From an uncultured Gammaproteobacteria bacterium (GTDB lineage: Bacteria; Patescibacteriota; Patescibacteriia; SG8-24), in assembly GCA_964491475.1 (NCBI GenBank), contig CAZBFO010000005.1:841-64840 (forward strand): a stretch of 64,000 bases of DNA, in the 5' to 3' direction. The first letter of the stretch is position 1. Each line of letters begins with the position of its first letter. A program made the translations under genes and the position numbers. Positions 18,186-28,673 of this stretch are shown here, one piece after another. The notes under the pieces are model-generated. The model had not been told where the DNA came from. It worked only from the letters and a program-made list of their open reading frames with translations, and did not search any database.

Positions 18186-18458
18186 ATGCCGATCAAGAAA
18201 GCAGCAATGAAGGCCCTGCGCCAGACCAAGAAGCGCACCCTTCGCAACCAGAAGGTGAAGGACGGTATCCAGTTCCTCCGCCGCTCGGTCCGCAAGGCGC
18301 TCGACGCCAAGGAGACCAAGAACGCCGAGGAGCTCGCCAAGGCCCTCATCAAGTCGCTAGACAAGGCCGTTCAAAACAACGTGCTCAAGAAGAACACCGT
18401 CGCCCGCCTCAAGTCCCGCCTCGCCAAGAAGGTCAACGCCCTCAAGGCCAAGAAGTAA
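18186..18458 (+). CDS. rpsT: 30S ribosomal protein S20
   Basis: MPIKKAAMKALRQ...LDKAV...KKNTVARLKSRL. Confidence 0.97.
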   Translation: MPIKKAAMKALRQTKKRTLRNQKVKDGIQFLRRSVRKALDAKETKNAEELAKALIKSLDKAVQNNVLKKNTVARLKSRLAKKVNALKAKK

Positions 18459-18465
18459 GAGCTGC

Positions 18466-18489
18466 AAACCCCGCATATGCGGGGTTTTT
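18466..18489 (+). terminator. Intrinsic terminator after rpsT
   Basis: AAACCCCGCAT-ATGCGGGGTTTTT. Confidence 0.75.
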
Positions 18490-18581
18490 GGTATGGAATG
18501 AGGGGAGAATTTCTCATTGTCTACCAAAGTGTAGACATCCAATTAAGTAACAAAAAAACTCCCACGGAAGGGGAGTCGCTT

Positions 18582-19433
18582 CTAGCGTCGCGGAAGCATG
18601 CGCCAAAAGTCAATCAGCAGGATCGAGAGGATCAGGGCGAAGATGACCACCGAGGTCAGTCCGCGATACGCTTTGACGGCGTACATGCCGAGCTTTCCCG
18701 GCAGTTTGCCCAAGAGCTCGTCTACCACCCGACCGCCGTCGAGAGGGAACAGCGGCAACAGGTTCATTCCGGCCACGGCCACGTTGATGACCGCGAAGAA
18801 GCCGAGAAAGAACTTGACCAATTCCAGGGCTGAACGCCCGTGACCGAAACCGCTTGCGCCCATCTGCGCGATGCCGATCGGACCGGCAGCGCCGCTGAAA
18901 AAGCTGGCAATGCCGTTCATGAGTCCGTAGCAGACGAGCGCCGGCGTGGCCAGCCACACCCCGAACGACGACAGGAAGGCGGCGACTAGGGGCCGCAGCG
19001 CGCGCGGCACATGCAGCGAGTTCGTAATCGTCACGATCTCCGCTGGTCCGGACCTCGTCCAGTAGAAGAGAATCGTGAAGGCCACGAAAGCCGCGCAGGC
19101 GTTAAAGAACATGCCGGCCATGTAGATCTTCACGCGCGCCCAAGTCGAAGCTCCCTCGATGGCACCCTCTGCTGGACGCGCGGCGCCGCCGATCAAAAAC
19201 AGCCTGACGCGGAACATCGTCCCGCTTTTCAGCTGCCTCTCGTAAAGAGTGGGGCCGAATCCGATGAAAAACTCCTCGACCTGCACGCCGTTGCGGCGCA
19301 TCAGCGTGTAGTGTCCGTATTCGTGGATGAGCACGATCAGACCGATGATGAGGATCGGCGGAATCACCGCGGGGCCGAACTTCAGCAGCAGGAATCCGTA
19401 GAGTGCCAGACCAAGAACGGTTGTAATCTTCAC
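18582..19433 (-). CDS. Site-2 protease, M50 family (RseP-like, no PDZ domain)
   Basis: HEYGH zinc motif, F.IGFGP, AG.FFN, GPIGI, NLLPLFPLDGG. Confidence 0.9.
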   Translation of the reverse strand: MKITTVLGLALYGFLLLKFGPAVIPPILIIGLIVLIHEYGHYTLMRRNGVQVEEFFIGFGPTLYERQLKSGTMFRVRLFLIGGAARPAEGAIEGASTWARVKIYMAGMFFNACAAFVAFTILFYWTRSGPAEIVTITNSLHVPRALRPLVAAFLSSFGVWLATPALVCYGLMNGIASFFSGAAGPIGIAQMGASGFGHGRSALELVKFFLGFFAVINVAVAGMNLLPLFPLDGGRVVDELLGKLPGKLGMYAVKAYRGLTSVVIFALILSILLIDFWRMLPRR

Positions 19434-19501
19434 CGCTGGCTCCTTGTTGCGGAGAAAAGGAACGTTTAAAAGAGCTTAAACCGACAAAAAACCGCCGTCA
19501 A

Positions 19502-20464
19502 TCAGGCGGCGGTCTTTGCGAGCCAGAGGCCGAGCAGGGCATTCGGCTGTGCGGCGCTGGTCTTCATCTTTAGTTCGATTTCCAGAAGCTCGTCGTATCT
19601 TAGTCGGAGCGCGGCGGGGGAATGCCTGCGTACCGCGTTCATGGCCTTGCTTGCCGGGAACGGGTGAATGCCGACTCGTTTTGCAACCGCGTTCTTGTCA
19701 CGTTCGCCGCGCTCAACCAAATCAGCAACGGCGATCATCGTCCGATACTGCTTTTCGAGCATGGCCACGACCTGCAGCGCCGATGTGCCGGAACCCAACA
19801 TTCGTTCCAACATCGCGGCCGCATCGGCGCACCTTCCTTCGGTGCAGGCATCGATGAGCGCGAACAGGGATTCCTCGCGCGTGCCCGGCACCAGCGTGTC
19901 GAGCATTTCGTCTGTCACTGCCGTTGTCCCATTTGCCTTGGCATAAGCACACAACTTTTCAATCTCTTCGTGCATCTGCCAGGAATCCTCGCCGACGATG
20001 CTCACCAAAGCGCGCGCTGACCTTGGCGACAGCGTGACGCCGCGGGCCGCGCATTCTTCTATCGCGAATTTCTCTAGATTCGGCCCGACCAGTTTCATGC
20101 ATTCCTCGGTGAATTTCTGCGCCTTCATCAATGGCAAAAGAGGGGACTTGGCCAATTCCTCCGAGCCGACATCCTCATAAAAGATGACGTTGGTGCTTTC
20201 CGGCTTGCGACCAAGCATCTCCTTAAGGCGTTCCTGCGAAGCTGCGGGAGCACGCAGAAAACCGTCTAAAATCAGCAGTTTTCGCTCGGCAAGGAAGGGC
20301 GAGGCGAAGAAAGACGCTGCCACTTCGTCCATGTCCGCGCCCTTTGCGCTGAACAGAACCGCGTTCAAGCCGGTCGAATCTCGCGTAGACGAAAAACGCT
20401 CCCGCATGGCCGAGAGCTTTTGTCGTGAACGGTAGGTGTCCTCACCGCACAGCAGGAAAAACAT
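19502..20464 (-). CDS. holA: DNA polymerase III subunit delta
   Basis: LLCGEDTY, PFLAERKL, EIEKL..Y, IHPF, E...KT. Confidence 0.9.
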   Translation of the reverse strand: MFFLLCGEDTYRSRQKLSAMRERFSSTRDSTGLNAVLFSAKGADMDEVAASFFASPFLAERKLLILDGFLRAPAASQERLKEMLGRKPESTNVIFYEDVGSEELAKSPLLPLMKAQKFTEECMKLVGPNLEKFAIEECAARGVTLSPRSARALVSIVGEDSWQMHEEIEKLCAYAKANGTTAVTDEMLDTLVPGTREESLFALIDACTEGRCADAAAMLERMLGSGTSALQVVAMLEKQYRTMIAVADLVERGERDKNAVAKRVGIHPFPASKAMNAVRRHSPAALRLRYDELLEIELKMKTSAAQPNALLGLWLAKTAA

Positions 20465-20479
20465 GCCGACAGCGTACAG

Positions 20480-21280
20480 CTAATGCCGGATAAAAGCCAT
20501 GATGATTTCGAAGACGATCAGCAGGATGACGGTCATTTCCAGAATCTCCGCGCGGCGGTGCTGCAGCGTGTCGAGCATCAGCTCCGAACTGTCTTGGATG
20601 AAGGTCAGCTTGAAGCGGATGGTGCTGAAGCGGTCGTCCAGCTCGAACATCTTGCGCATGTTGATGAACAGCGTCTCCGCCTCTTTGTCCTCCCAAACGA
20701 TGTCAGGCTTGTCGAGCAACGAAAGCTGTCCGACGATGAAGTTGACGATATTGCCGCTCATGCCGATGGTCTTCATGACCTCGCGCGGCGTTGCGATCAG
20801 CGTTCCCTTCGTGGCCAAGTTGATGTGAATCTTCTCGAAGCGCTGCAGGGACTCTTCTACCTGGTTCTCAAGGAAGTCGATAGCCACGGATTGGGCTACT
20901 ACGTGATACACCAACAGCAGCTTTTCAATGGCCAGGTTCTTAAGTCGGACCAAGTTGAACTCGACCGATTCTGGCTGGTCGGCCTCAATAACCACTCCGT
21001 ACTCCTCCACCGGCAACCCGGCCAAAGTGACACCCGGCTCGTCCTCACCCAGCTTGGAAAACCGCTTCAACAGGCGCTCCCTCTCTTTGCGATCGTCGAT
21101 GCCAAAGAGGGTCACCACCCCGAAAGAATACACGCAAATATGCTGGGTTTCCGAGTGTTTGAAAACCAGCAAGTTTCGCTCCTTCCGCCACAGCACCAAG
21201 TCGGGGTTTTTGGCCTCAACTTTGGCTAGGTTGAGCGAATGTTTGATGTAGTGAGCTGAAAGGGAGTATCGGGTCTCCAT
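20480..21280 (-). CDS. RMD1/DUF155 family protein
   Basis: FGVVTLFG, AQSVA.D..E, LLDKPD..W, FELD.R, LE..VI.LI.FEI. Confidence 0.88.
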   Translation of the reverse strand: METRYSLSAHYIKHSLNLAKVEAKNPDLVLWRKERNLLVFKHSETQHICVYSFGVVTLFGIDDRKERERLLKRFSKLGEDEPGVTLAGLPVEEYGVVIEADQPESVEFNLVRLKNLAIEKLLLVYHVVAQSVAIDFLENQVEESLQRFEKIHINLATKGTLIATPREVMKTIGMSGNIVNFIVGQLSLLDKPDIVWEDKEAETLFINMRKMFELDDRFSTIRFKLTFIQDSSELMLDTLQHRRAEILEMTVILLIVFEIIMAFIRH

Positions 21281-21319
21281 AGGCCTCTAGGATACCTTTT
21301 TTCAACCCCACCGTCCACG

Positions 21320-21522
21320 GGCGTGCGTTTTTGAAATGGTGTGCGTGGGCTCTAGGTCCGGGCGGCGGGGCGGCCCTCGGGACACGCTTGCGGACGCGCT
21401 GCGGCGCGTCCTCGCTCGTCCTCGTGTAAAGTCGGCTGCGGCCGACTTTCACTGCGGATGGTCCCGAGGGGTGCCACCCGGTGCCGACCCAGCGCACGCC
21501 AGGCGATTTGAAGCGCACGTCA
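21320..21522. repeat. Fold-back palindromic element A (degenerate arms, CTGCGG double-hairpin core)
   Basis: CCCTCGGGAC...GTCCCGAGGG encloses GACGCGC-TGCG-GCGCGTC and AAAGTCGGC-TGCG-GCCGACTTT, followed by CTGCGGAT; the core is an inverted copy of 24458-24545. Confidence 0.8.
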
Positions 21523-21620
21523 GTGAAGGGTGACCACTGACGATCGACGGGCGCCTCAACGACCACCTCAAAGAGTGGGGGGGCCCCGCGCGGCCGAGGT
21601 GGCATCTCTTAGGACTTCTC

Positions 21621-24359
21621 TTAGGACTTCTTCATCTCACCCCATCGCACCCCCGTCGAGACGTTCGCCACAATCGGCACCGCCAGTTTCTTTACGTTCT
21701 CCATTATCGGTATGACTTTGGCGGTGAACTCGTCCACCAAATCCTTTTTGACTTCGAAGACCAGTTCGTCGTGCACTTGCAGGAGCATGCGTGCGCCAGC
21801 ATCGGCACCTTCGCCATAGCGCTCGGCGATGAGCTTGTCGATTTGGACCATGGCTATCTTGATCATGTCGGCGTTGGTGCCTTGGATCGGCATGTTGATG
21901 GCCTGACGCTCGGCTTCGGCGCGCTCGCGCGGATTCATGAATTGGACGTTCTTGAAGAAGCGCTTGCGTCCGAAGAGCGTTTCTACGAAGCCTTCCTTCA
22001 CGATCTGTTCCTTGATGTCCTCCATGTACTTGGCGATGCCTCTGTACAGCGCGAAGTATTTTTCAATGTATTCACGGGCGTCGGCAAAGGAAATTCCGGC
22101 GGCGTCGGAAAGACGGTTGGCGCCCATGCCGTAGAGAATGCCGAAGTTGATGACCTTGGCGATGCGGCGGTGCGAGCCCGCCTCCCTTTCGCCGAACATT
22201 TCGGCGGCGGTGCGCCAGTGAATGTCCTCGCCCTTCTTGAAGGCGTCGATCATCACCTTTTCGTGGGCGATGTGCGCGGCGATGCGCAACTCAATCTGGG
22301 AATAGTCTGCGGCCACGAGCACGTAACCCTTCGTAGCGACGAAACCGTTGCGGACGCGCTTGCCGTATTCCGTCTCGGACGTCGGAATATTCTGCATGTT
22401 CGGATTTGCAGAGGACAGACGGCCGGTGGCAGCGACGGTCTGGTTGAACTCGGCGTGAATGCGACCCGTCTTTGGGTGAACGTAACCCGGAATCGCCTCG
22501 ATGTACGTCGACTGCAGCTTGGCCAGTTCGCGATAACGGAGCACGTCATCAATGATCGGATGCGTACCCTTCAGCTTTTCCAGTTCTGACGCTGCCGTAG
22601 AAAGCGTTTTGTTCTTGGAAGTCTTCTTCAGACCTTCCGGCGAGATGCCGAGCTTCTCGAACAGCACAACCTTCAGCTGCGCAGGCGAGTTGATGTTGAA
22701 TTCTTCGCCCGCATGCTTGTAGATGGCCGCGACGATCTCCTTCAGTTCGGCACCCACGTCGACGGCGATCTTCTTGAAGTAGGGGACGTCGACGGCGATG
22801 CCGTTGCGCTCCATTCGCGCCAGCACGGCGGCCAGCGGCAATTCGATCTCTTCGTTCAGCTTCCGCAAGTCATCGCCGATCAAACGCTTCTCGAACGCCG
22901 AAGCCAGCGGGACGAAGTGCGGCAATTCGACGCTAAGGCGGGCAATGCGCGTTGCCGACGTATCCTCTTTGTCCTCATCAAGAGGAACTCCGCTTTCATA
23001 GGCCAAAATCGCGTTCAAGGCGTGGCGTCGTTCGCCGGAGTGCAGCAAATACGAGGCAATCATCAGGTCAAAAGCATCCGTCGGCAAGGGCAAATCGTTC
23101 GCCAGGAGCACCTTGATTTCGCGGCGCAAGTCGTGACAGACCTTCCTCTGTCGCGAGGCAAAAAACTTCGCCAACAAGGGCTTTCCGTCTTCGAAGGCGG
23201 CCTTGCTGATTACGTAGGTCTTCTTCGCATCGGCGAGGCCAAGCGCGGCGACCTTGGGAAAGGCCGGATCGGCATCTTCGGTTACGAAGCGGAAACCGAC
23301 CTCTGATGCCTTCGACAAAGTTGCCAATGCCGCGGTGAGAGATTTCGTATCGCGAACTTCAATCATGCCGGACAGCGGTGCAGCTGACGCTTGCGGCGCA
23401 TCGCCAAAAAGCGAAGCGTTCGCATTGGCCTTCGTTCCGGCAGCGCCCTCAACCTTCGGTTGCGCGGAAGGCATACGCTCCAGCAGCTTCATGAACTCCA
23501 GTTCCGTGAAAATTTCCGCGACCTTCTCGCGCGTGACCGGATGAAAAACGCACTCCTTCAATTTGAAATCCAAATCCACATCGCGTCGAATACGGCACAG
23601 GTCAAGGGCGACAAGCGCATCCTTTTTGCTGGCAATCAGTTTTTCGCGCACGCCAGCCTTCAGCGCCTGCGCCTTTTTGTCGTTCTTCTCCAACGACTTG
23701 TACAGATCCGGCACCGAGCCGAACTCGATGATCAGCTCCGACCCCGTTTTTTCACCGATGCCGCGCACGCCGGGAATGTTGTCCGACGGATCTCCGCGCA
23801 AGGCCTTGTAATCAATCAGCTGAATCGGCTTGAATCCAAAGCGTTCCTTCACCGCGGCAATGTCGTACACCACGGTGTCAGACATGCCTTTTCGCAGCGT
23901 GAAAACCCTGGTGCGATCGTCCACCAGCTGCAGCGTGTCCATGTCTCCGGTCACGATGATCACTTCCACGTCCTTGCTCTGCTTCTCGGCCTGCAGCGAC
24001 AGCGTGCCGATGACGTCGTCTGCCTCGAAACCCTGCACGGAAAAGACGGGAATCTCCATTGCCTGCAGAATCTTGCGGATAGGATTGACCTGTTCGTACA
24101 GCTCATCGGGCTTCTTTTCGCGCGTGGCCTTGTAGTCGGCGTACAGCTCGTTGCGGAAGGTGCCGCCGGCCAAATCAAAAGTCACCGCCATGTAGTCCGG
24201 CGAGAACTTCTTGATGGCGTTGAGCATGATGGTGGTGAACCCGTAGGCCCCATGCACCACCTGGCCGCTCTTGGTCTGCATCGGCGGCAAAGCATGCCAG
24301 GCGCGGTGAATCAGCGCGTGCCCGTCAATGATCAGGAAAAGTTTTTTGGAGGAAGGCAT
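21621..24359 (-). CDS. polA: DNA polymerase I
   Basis: IDGHALIHRAWHA 5' nuclease, GFEADD, GDPSDNIPGV, TGRLSS.NPN.QNIP, DYSQIELR, INFGILYG, QVHDEL. Confidence 0.98.
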   Translation of the reverse strand: MPSSKKLFLIIDGHALIHRAWHALPPMQTKSGQVVHGAYGFTTIMLNAIKKFSPDYMAVTFDLAGGTFRNELYADYKATREKKPDELYEQVNPIRKILQAMEIPVFSVQGFEADDVIGTLSLQAEKQSKDVEVIIVTGDMDTLQLVDDRTRVFTLRKGMSDTVVYDIAAVKERFGFKPIQLIDYKALRGDPSDNIPGVRGIGEKTGSELIIEFGSVPDLYKSLEKNDKKAQALKAGVREKLIASKKDALVALDLCRIRRDVDLDFKLKECVFHPVTREKVAEIFTELEFMKLLERMPSAQPKVEGAAGTKANANASLFGDAPQASAAPLSGMIEVRDTKSLTAALATLSKASEVGFRFVTEDADPAFPKVAALGLADAKKTYVISKAAFEDGKPLLAKFFASRQRKVCHDLRREIKVLLANDLPLPTDAFDLMIASYLLHSGERRHALNAILAYESGVPLDEDKEDTSATRIARLSVELPHFVPLASAFEKRLIGDDLRKLNEEIELPLAAVLARMERNGIAVDVPYFKKIAVDVGAELKEIVAAIYKHAGEEFNINSPAQLKVVLFEKLGISPEGLKKTSKNKTLSTAASELEKLKGTHPIIDDVLRYRELAKLQSTYIEAIPGYVHPKTGRIHAEFNQTVAATGRLSSANPNMQNIPTSETEYGKRVRNGFVATKGYVLVAADYSQIELRIAAHIAHEKVMIDAFKKGEDIHWRTAAEMFGEREAGSHRRIAKVINFGILYGMGANRLSDAAGISFADAREYIEKYFALYRGIAKYMEDIKEQIVKEGFVETLFGRKRFFKNVQFMNPRERAEAERQAINMPIQGTNADMIKIAMVQIDKLIAERYGEGADAGARMLLQVHDELVFEVKKDLVDEFTAKVIPIMENVKKLAVPIVANVSTGVRWGEMKKS

Positions 24360-24399
24360 CGTATTTGAAACATTTAGCGCGAATCACACGATCATGTAC

Positions 24400-24601
24400 C
24401 GGCGCCGCGAGCCGGGAGAGCGGGCGGCCAGCCGTGCGGCTGGGAAGGATCGCCCGAGGGACCATCCGCAGGAAACTTCGTCCGCAGGCGAAGTTATCCG
24501 AGGACGAGCGAGGACGCGCCGCAGCGCGTTCGCAAGCGTGTCCCACGGGTGACCTTCCCAGCCGCACGGCTGGCCGCCCGCTCTCCCGGCTCGCGGCGCC
24601 G
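24400..24601. repeat. Fold-back palindromic element B (49 bp perfect inverted arms)
   Basis: 24400-24448 is the exact reverse complement of 24553-24601; the interior has two CGCA-loop hairpins. Confidence 0.9.
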
Positions 24602-24693
24602 CCCCTCTAAAATCGTTCGCTCCGCTCACTTTTCTCAAAAAAGGATATCACGTCCACAAAAAAACGCCCCTCGTCGGAGAGAGCCGCTTTTCA

Positions 24694-24768
24694 TGGAGGC
24701 CCAGGCGGGATTTGCACCCACGCATAAAGGTTTTGCAGACCTCTGCCTTACTACTTGGCTACTGGGCC
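24694..24768 (-). tRNA. tRNA-Cys(GCA)
   Basis: GGCCCAG...CTGGGCC-T-CCA; GAGGT-CTGCAAA-ACCTT; atypical T-loop TGCAAAT. Confidence 0.9.
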
Positions 24769-24837
24769 GAATGGTTTTCAGCAGGGATATTTTTAGCACT
24801 TCCAGCGTAATGGTGCAACTTGTATACTTGCGGTCGT

Positions 24838-25737
24838 ATGCCCAACACCATTGTCGCCATCGATGCCGGCGGAACCAAGATCAGCTCTGCCTTGATTTCC
24901 TCGAAAGGAAAAATACTCAAGAAAGCCAAAATCCCCACCGAGGCCAGCAAGGGGAAGGAGGCGGTCATGGCGAATCTCATCAAGAGCGTCGACTCTGTTT
25001 TGCAAAAGGACACCGTCGCCATCGGTATCGGCATGGCCGGACTGATTGACGCCAAAAAAGGCGTTTTCCGCGTCGGTCCCAACTTCCCGAAGAACTTCAA
25101 AGACGTTCCCCTGGCCGCTTTGCTTAAAAAGCACTTCAAAAAGCCGGTTTCACTGGACAATGACGTCCATTGTTTTACGCTGGCTGAAGCAAAATTAGGC
25201 GCTGCTAAGCGAAAAAAAACGGTTGTTGGCATTACCCTTGGTACGGGAATTGGTGGGGGCATCGTCATTAACGGTGAGCTTTATCGCGGCCGCGACAACG
25301 CTGCGGGCGAAATCGGACACACCACCATCGGTCTAGGCTCAAAAGCGCTTTGCGGCTGTGGAAAATTCGGCCACTTCGAGGCTTATGCCTCCGGATCAGC
25401 CATGAGCCGACTTTATAAAGACATCACGGGCAAGTCCGTCGAACCTTTAGCCGTAGAAAATGCCGCAAAAAATGGCGATGTTGAGGCAAATAAAGTCTTT
25501 GATATCATGTCCACAGGCCTAGCTGACGGACTGGCCAACGTTATCCACCTCCTTAATCCGGACGTCATAGTAGTTGGCGGCGGATTGGCTCATGTTGATA
25601 TCTTGTGGAAACCTGCTATGAATAAGCTGTCCAAAAGCATTATTTTCCCTGAACTTCTCGATACTCCGGTGGTCCGATCCGTGCTTGCCGGTGACGCCAA
25701 CTTGCTCGGAGCAGCCCTGATTACCAAAAAACTGTGA
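24838..25737 (+). CDS. ROK family sugar kinase (glucokinase-like)
   Basis: IDAGGTK, LDND, TLGTGIGGG, GEIGH, CGCG..G..E. Confidence 0.93.
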   Translation: MPNTIVAIDAGGTKISSALISSKGKILKKAKIPTEASKGKEAVMANLIKSVDSVLQKDTVAIGIGMAGLIDAKKGVFRVGPNFPKNFKDVPLAALLKKHFKKPVSLDNDVHCFTLAEAKLGAAKRKKTVVGITLGTGIGGGIVINGELYRGRDNAAGEIGHTTIGLGSKALCGCGKFGHFEAYASGSAMSRLYKDITGKSVEPLAVENAAKNGDVEANKVFDIMSTGLADGLANVIHLLNPDVIVVGGGLAHVDILWKPAMNKLSKSIIFPELLDTPVVRSVLAGDANLLGAALITKKL

Positions 25738-28619
25738 ACGAATACCGTTTTCGACAACGCGACTTAAGTCACCACGTCCGCCGCACCGGCAGGACTGGTT
25801 TTTTTAAGCCGTCTTCCGGCAGGCCTTCGACACCACGAACTCGGGGCGGACGCGGCCGAAAAATCCTTTCCTGGCTGCTTATCATCGGCGCGGCTGGTTT
25901 TTTTGCGTCTGCGATAGCAGTCGTGGGCCTGTTGGCGTGGGTCGCCAAGGACTTGCCTGATCCGAACAACATCATCCAGAGGAACGTCGCGCAGACGACC
26001 ACCATCTACGATCGCACGGGAAAAACCGTCCTGTACCAGATTCACGGCGACCAAAAACGGACCGTCGTCGAACTGACCGACATTTCCAAGTACGCCATCA
26101 ACGCCACCATCACCGCCGAAGACCGCGAATTCTACAATCACGGCGGCTTCGATCCGAAGGGGATGTTGCGTGCGCTCTACAACGACGTCTTCCGCCACAA
26201 GAGCGGTACGAACTTGCAGGGCGGTTCCACCATTACCCAGCAGTTCATCAAGAAATCGGTCTTGAGCGACAAGCAGACCCTGACGCGCAAAATCAAAGAA
26301 CTGCTGCTGTCGTTGGAAATCGAGCAAAAGTTCAGCAAGGATCAGATTCTCAAGCTGTATCTCAACGAGATTCCCTACGGATCGGTCTCCTACGGCATCG
26401 AATCGGCGGCGCAGACGTTCCTGGGAAAGAGCGCCAAGGACCTTAGTTTGTCCGAAGCGGCGCTGCTGGCCTCGCTGCCACGCGGCCCGACATACTATTC
26501 GCCGTACGGAAACAACCGTGATGCGCTCATCACCCGTCAGCATTACATCATCGACAGCATGGCCCAGCTCGGCTACGTCTCCAAAGACGAGGCCGAAGAA
26601 GCCAAAAAAGACGACGTCCTTTCGCGTGTCAAACCGAAGCGCGAGGCGATCATGGCGCCGCACTTCGTCTTCTACGTGAAGCAGATGCTCGCGGACGCCT
26701 ACGGCGACAACACCGTCGAAGGCGGCGGCTTGAGCGTCATCACCACGCTCGACGTCACCAAGCAGCAGAACGCGGAGCAGGCGATAGCCGACGGCGCGCC
26801 GATTCTCGCCAAGTGGAAAGCCAACACCGCGGCCATGGCAGCCATCGACGCCCACAGCGGCGACATCCTGGCAATGGTCGGCTCGCCCGACTATTTCGAC
26901 GACGCCAATAACGGAAAGTTCAACAACCTGCTCGGACGCCTGCAACCCGGTTCGTCCATCAAGCCGATCGTCTACGCTTCGGCTTTCGAAAAGGGCTTCA
27001 CGCCTGGCACGGTGGTAGATGACGTGAAGACAGAGTTCAGCACTTCGTCGCAGTCCTACTCACCCAACGACTACGACTCCAAGGAGCGCGGTCCCATCAC
27101 CCTGAAAGAAGCGCTGGCCGGATCGCTGAACATCCCTGCCGTGAAAGTCCTGTACCTCACCGGCTTCGACAAGTTCGAGGACTTCGCCAAGCGCGTCGGC
27201 TACACCACCTTCGGCGATCGCAGCACTTACGGCTTGTCGCTGGTGCTCGGCGGCGCGGAAGTGCGCCCGCTGGAACACATCGACGCCTACACGGCCTTCG
27301 CCCAGGAGGGAATGTGGCACCCCAGCCGCGCCATTCTCAAAGTAACCGACCGAGACGGCAAGGTGCTCGAGGATCACACCGGCGAGGATACCGCCAAGAA
27401 GGCATTCGAGCCGGAAATCGCACGACTGATCACCAACATCATGTCGGACAACAACTTGCGCGCCTACATCTTCGGCGCCAAGAACCACCTGACGCTGGCC
27501 GATCGCCCCGTCGCCGCCAAGACCGGTACCACCAATAACAACAAGGACGCTTGGACCATCGGCTTCACGCCATCGCTCGTGGCCGGCGTCTGGGTCGGCA
27601 ACTCTAAGGGCGGCTTCATGAAGGCAGGCGCGGACGGCAGCATCGTCGCCGCACCCATCTGGAACGAATTCATGACCAAGTCGCTTGCCGGAACGCCGGC
27701 GGAAACGTTCACCGACCCGCAACCGGTCACCACCGGCAAACCGATTCTCGACGGCAACAAGAACGCCCAGGCTTCGGTGAAGGTCGACAAGGCTTCCGGA
27801 AAGCTGGCGACCGACATGACTCCGGCTGACTACGTCGAAGAGCGCTACTACGGCCTGCCCCATTCCATCCTGTACTTCGTCAACAAGGACGACCCGCGCG
27901 GACCCGCGCCTGAACACCCCGAGAATGATCCGCAATTCGCCAATTGGGAAAAGGCCATCAATGACTGGGCCACGAAACAGAACATCGTGACCACCGGCGC
28001 TCCTCCCACGGAATACGACGACATCCACGTGACGGCAAACATCCCTACGGTGAGCTTCGTCAATCCCGTCGACGGCGGTTCCATCTCACAGCGCACGTTC
28101 ACGCCCCAAGTGAGCGCGTATGCGGCCCGCGGAGTAACCAGGGTCCAATACCGCATCGACGGCGAAACCATCGGCGAGGTGTCCAATTACCCGTCGCTCG
28201 GATCAATCCCGATTCCCAATCACATCGGCAAGGGCTTCCACACCCTCACGGCAAATGCCTTCGACGATGTGGGTAACACGGGTACAACGCAGATAACGGT
28301 GAACATCACCGCCGATCCAGGACCGCTGGGCATCGAGTGGTCGTCACCCTACTACTCCCAGGAGATCAGCAAATCGAGCTTCCCCTTCAACATCTCCGTA
28401 AGCGTGGATGATCGACAGAGCATCAATCACCTGGAAGTCACCGCAGTCAACGAGAACGGCGATGCCATCGACATCGGTTCGATAGACCATCCGCCTCTTC
28501 CGAATCTGTCATTCACCTGGAACGACCCGCCGCCAAAAGGAAAATACGACGTCACGATTCACGCGACACTCGTAACAGGGGACGAACGCACGGAAAAAAT
28601 TCCCGTCATCGTAAAGTAG
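25734..28619 (+). CDS. Class A penicillin-binding protein (PBP1A family) with C-terminal Ig-like domains
   Basis: AEDREFY.H.G, GGSTITQQ, RK.KE, GSSIKP (SxxK), SLN, KTGT. Confidence 0.95.
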   Translation: MNEYRFRQRDLSHHVRRTGRTGFFKPSSGRPSTPRTRGGRGRKILSWLLIIGAAGFFASAIAVVGLLAWVAKDLPDPNNIIQRNVAQTTTIYDRTGKTVLYQIHGDQKRTVVELTDISKYAINATITAEDREFYNHGGFDPKGMLRALYNDVFRHKSGTNLQGGSTITQQFIKKSVLSDKQTLTRKIKELLLSLEIEQKFSKDQILKLYLNEIPYGSVSYGIESAAQTFLGKSAKDLSLSEAALLASLPRGPTYYSPYGNNRDALITRQHYIIDSMAQLGYVSKDEAEEAKKDDVLSRVKPKREAIMAPHFVFYVKQMLADAYGDNTVEGGGLSVITTLDVTKQQNAEQAIADGAPILAKWKANTAAMAAIDAHSGDILAMVGSPDYFDDANNGKFNNLLGRLQPGSSIKPIVYASAFEKGFTPGTVVDDVKTEFSTSSQSYSPNDYDSKERGPITLKEALAGSLNIPAVKVLYLTGFDKFEDFAKRVGYTTFGDRSTYGLSLVLGGAEVRPLEHIDAYTAFAQEGMWHPSRAILKVTDRDGKVLEDHTGEDTAKKAFEPEIARLITNIMSDNNLRAYIFGAKNHLTLADRPVAAKTGTTNNNKDAWTIGFTPSLVAGVWVGNSKGGFMKAGADGSIVAAPIWNEFMTKSLAGTPAETFTDPQPVTTGKPILDGNKNAQASVKVDKASGKLATDMTPADYVEERYYGLPHSILYFVNKDDPRGPAPEHPENDPQFANWEKAINDWATKQNIVTTGAPPTEYDDIHVTANIPTVSFVNPVDGGSISQRTFTPQVSAYAARGVTRVQYRIDGETIGEVSNYPSLGSIPIPNHIGKGFHTLTANAFDDVGNTGTTQITVNITADPGPLGIEWSSPYYSQEISKSSFPFNISVSVDDRQSINHLEVTAVNENGDAIDIGSIDHPPLPNLSFTWNDPPPKGKYDVTIHATLVTGDERTEKIPVIVK

Positions 28620-28626
28620 CGATGAG

Positions 28627-28660
28627 AAAAAGAGGTCCGACCGATTGTCGGACCTCTTTT
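28627..28660. terminator. Bidirectional terminator between PBP1A and dnaN
   Basis: AAAAAGAGGTCCGAC-CGATT-GTCGGACCTCTTTT. Confidence 0.8.
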
Positions 28661-28673
28661 AAGTCATCACCCG

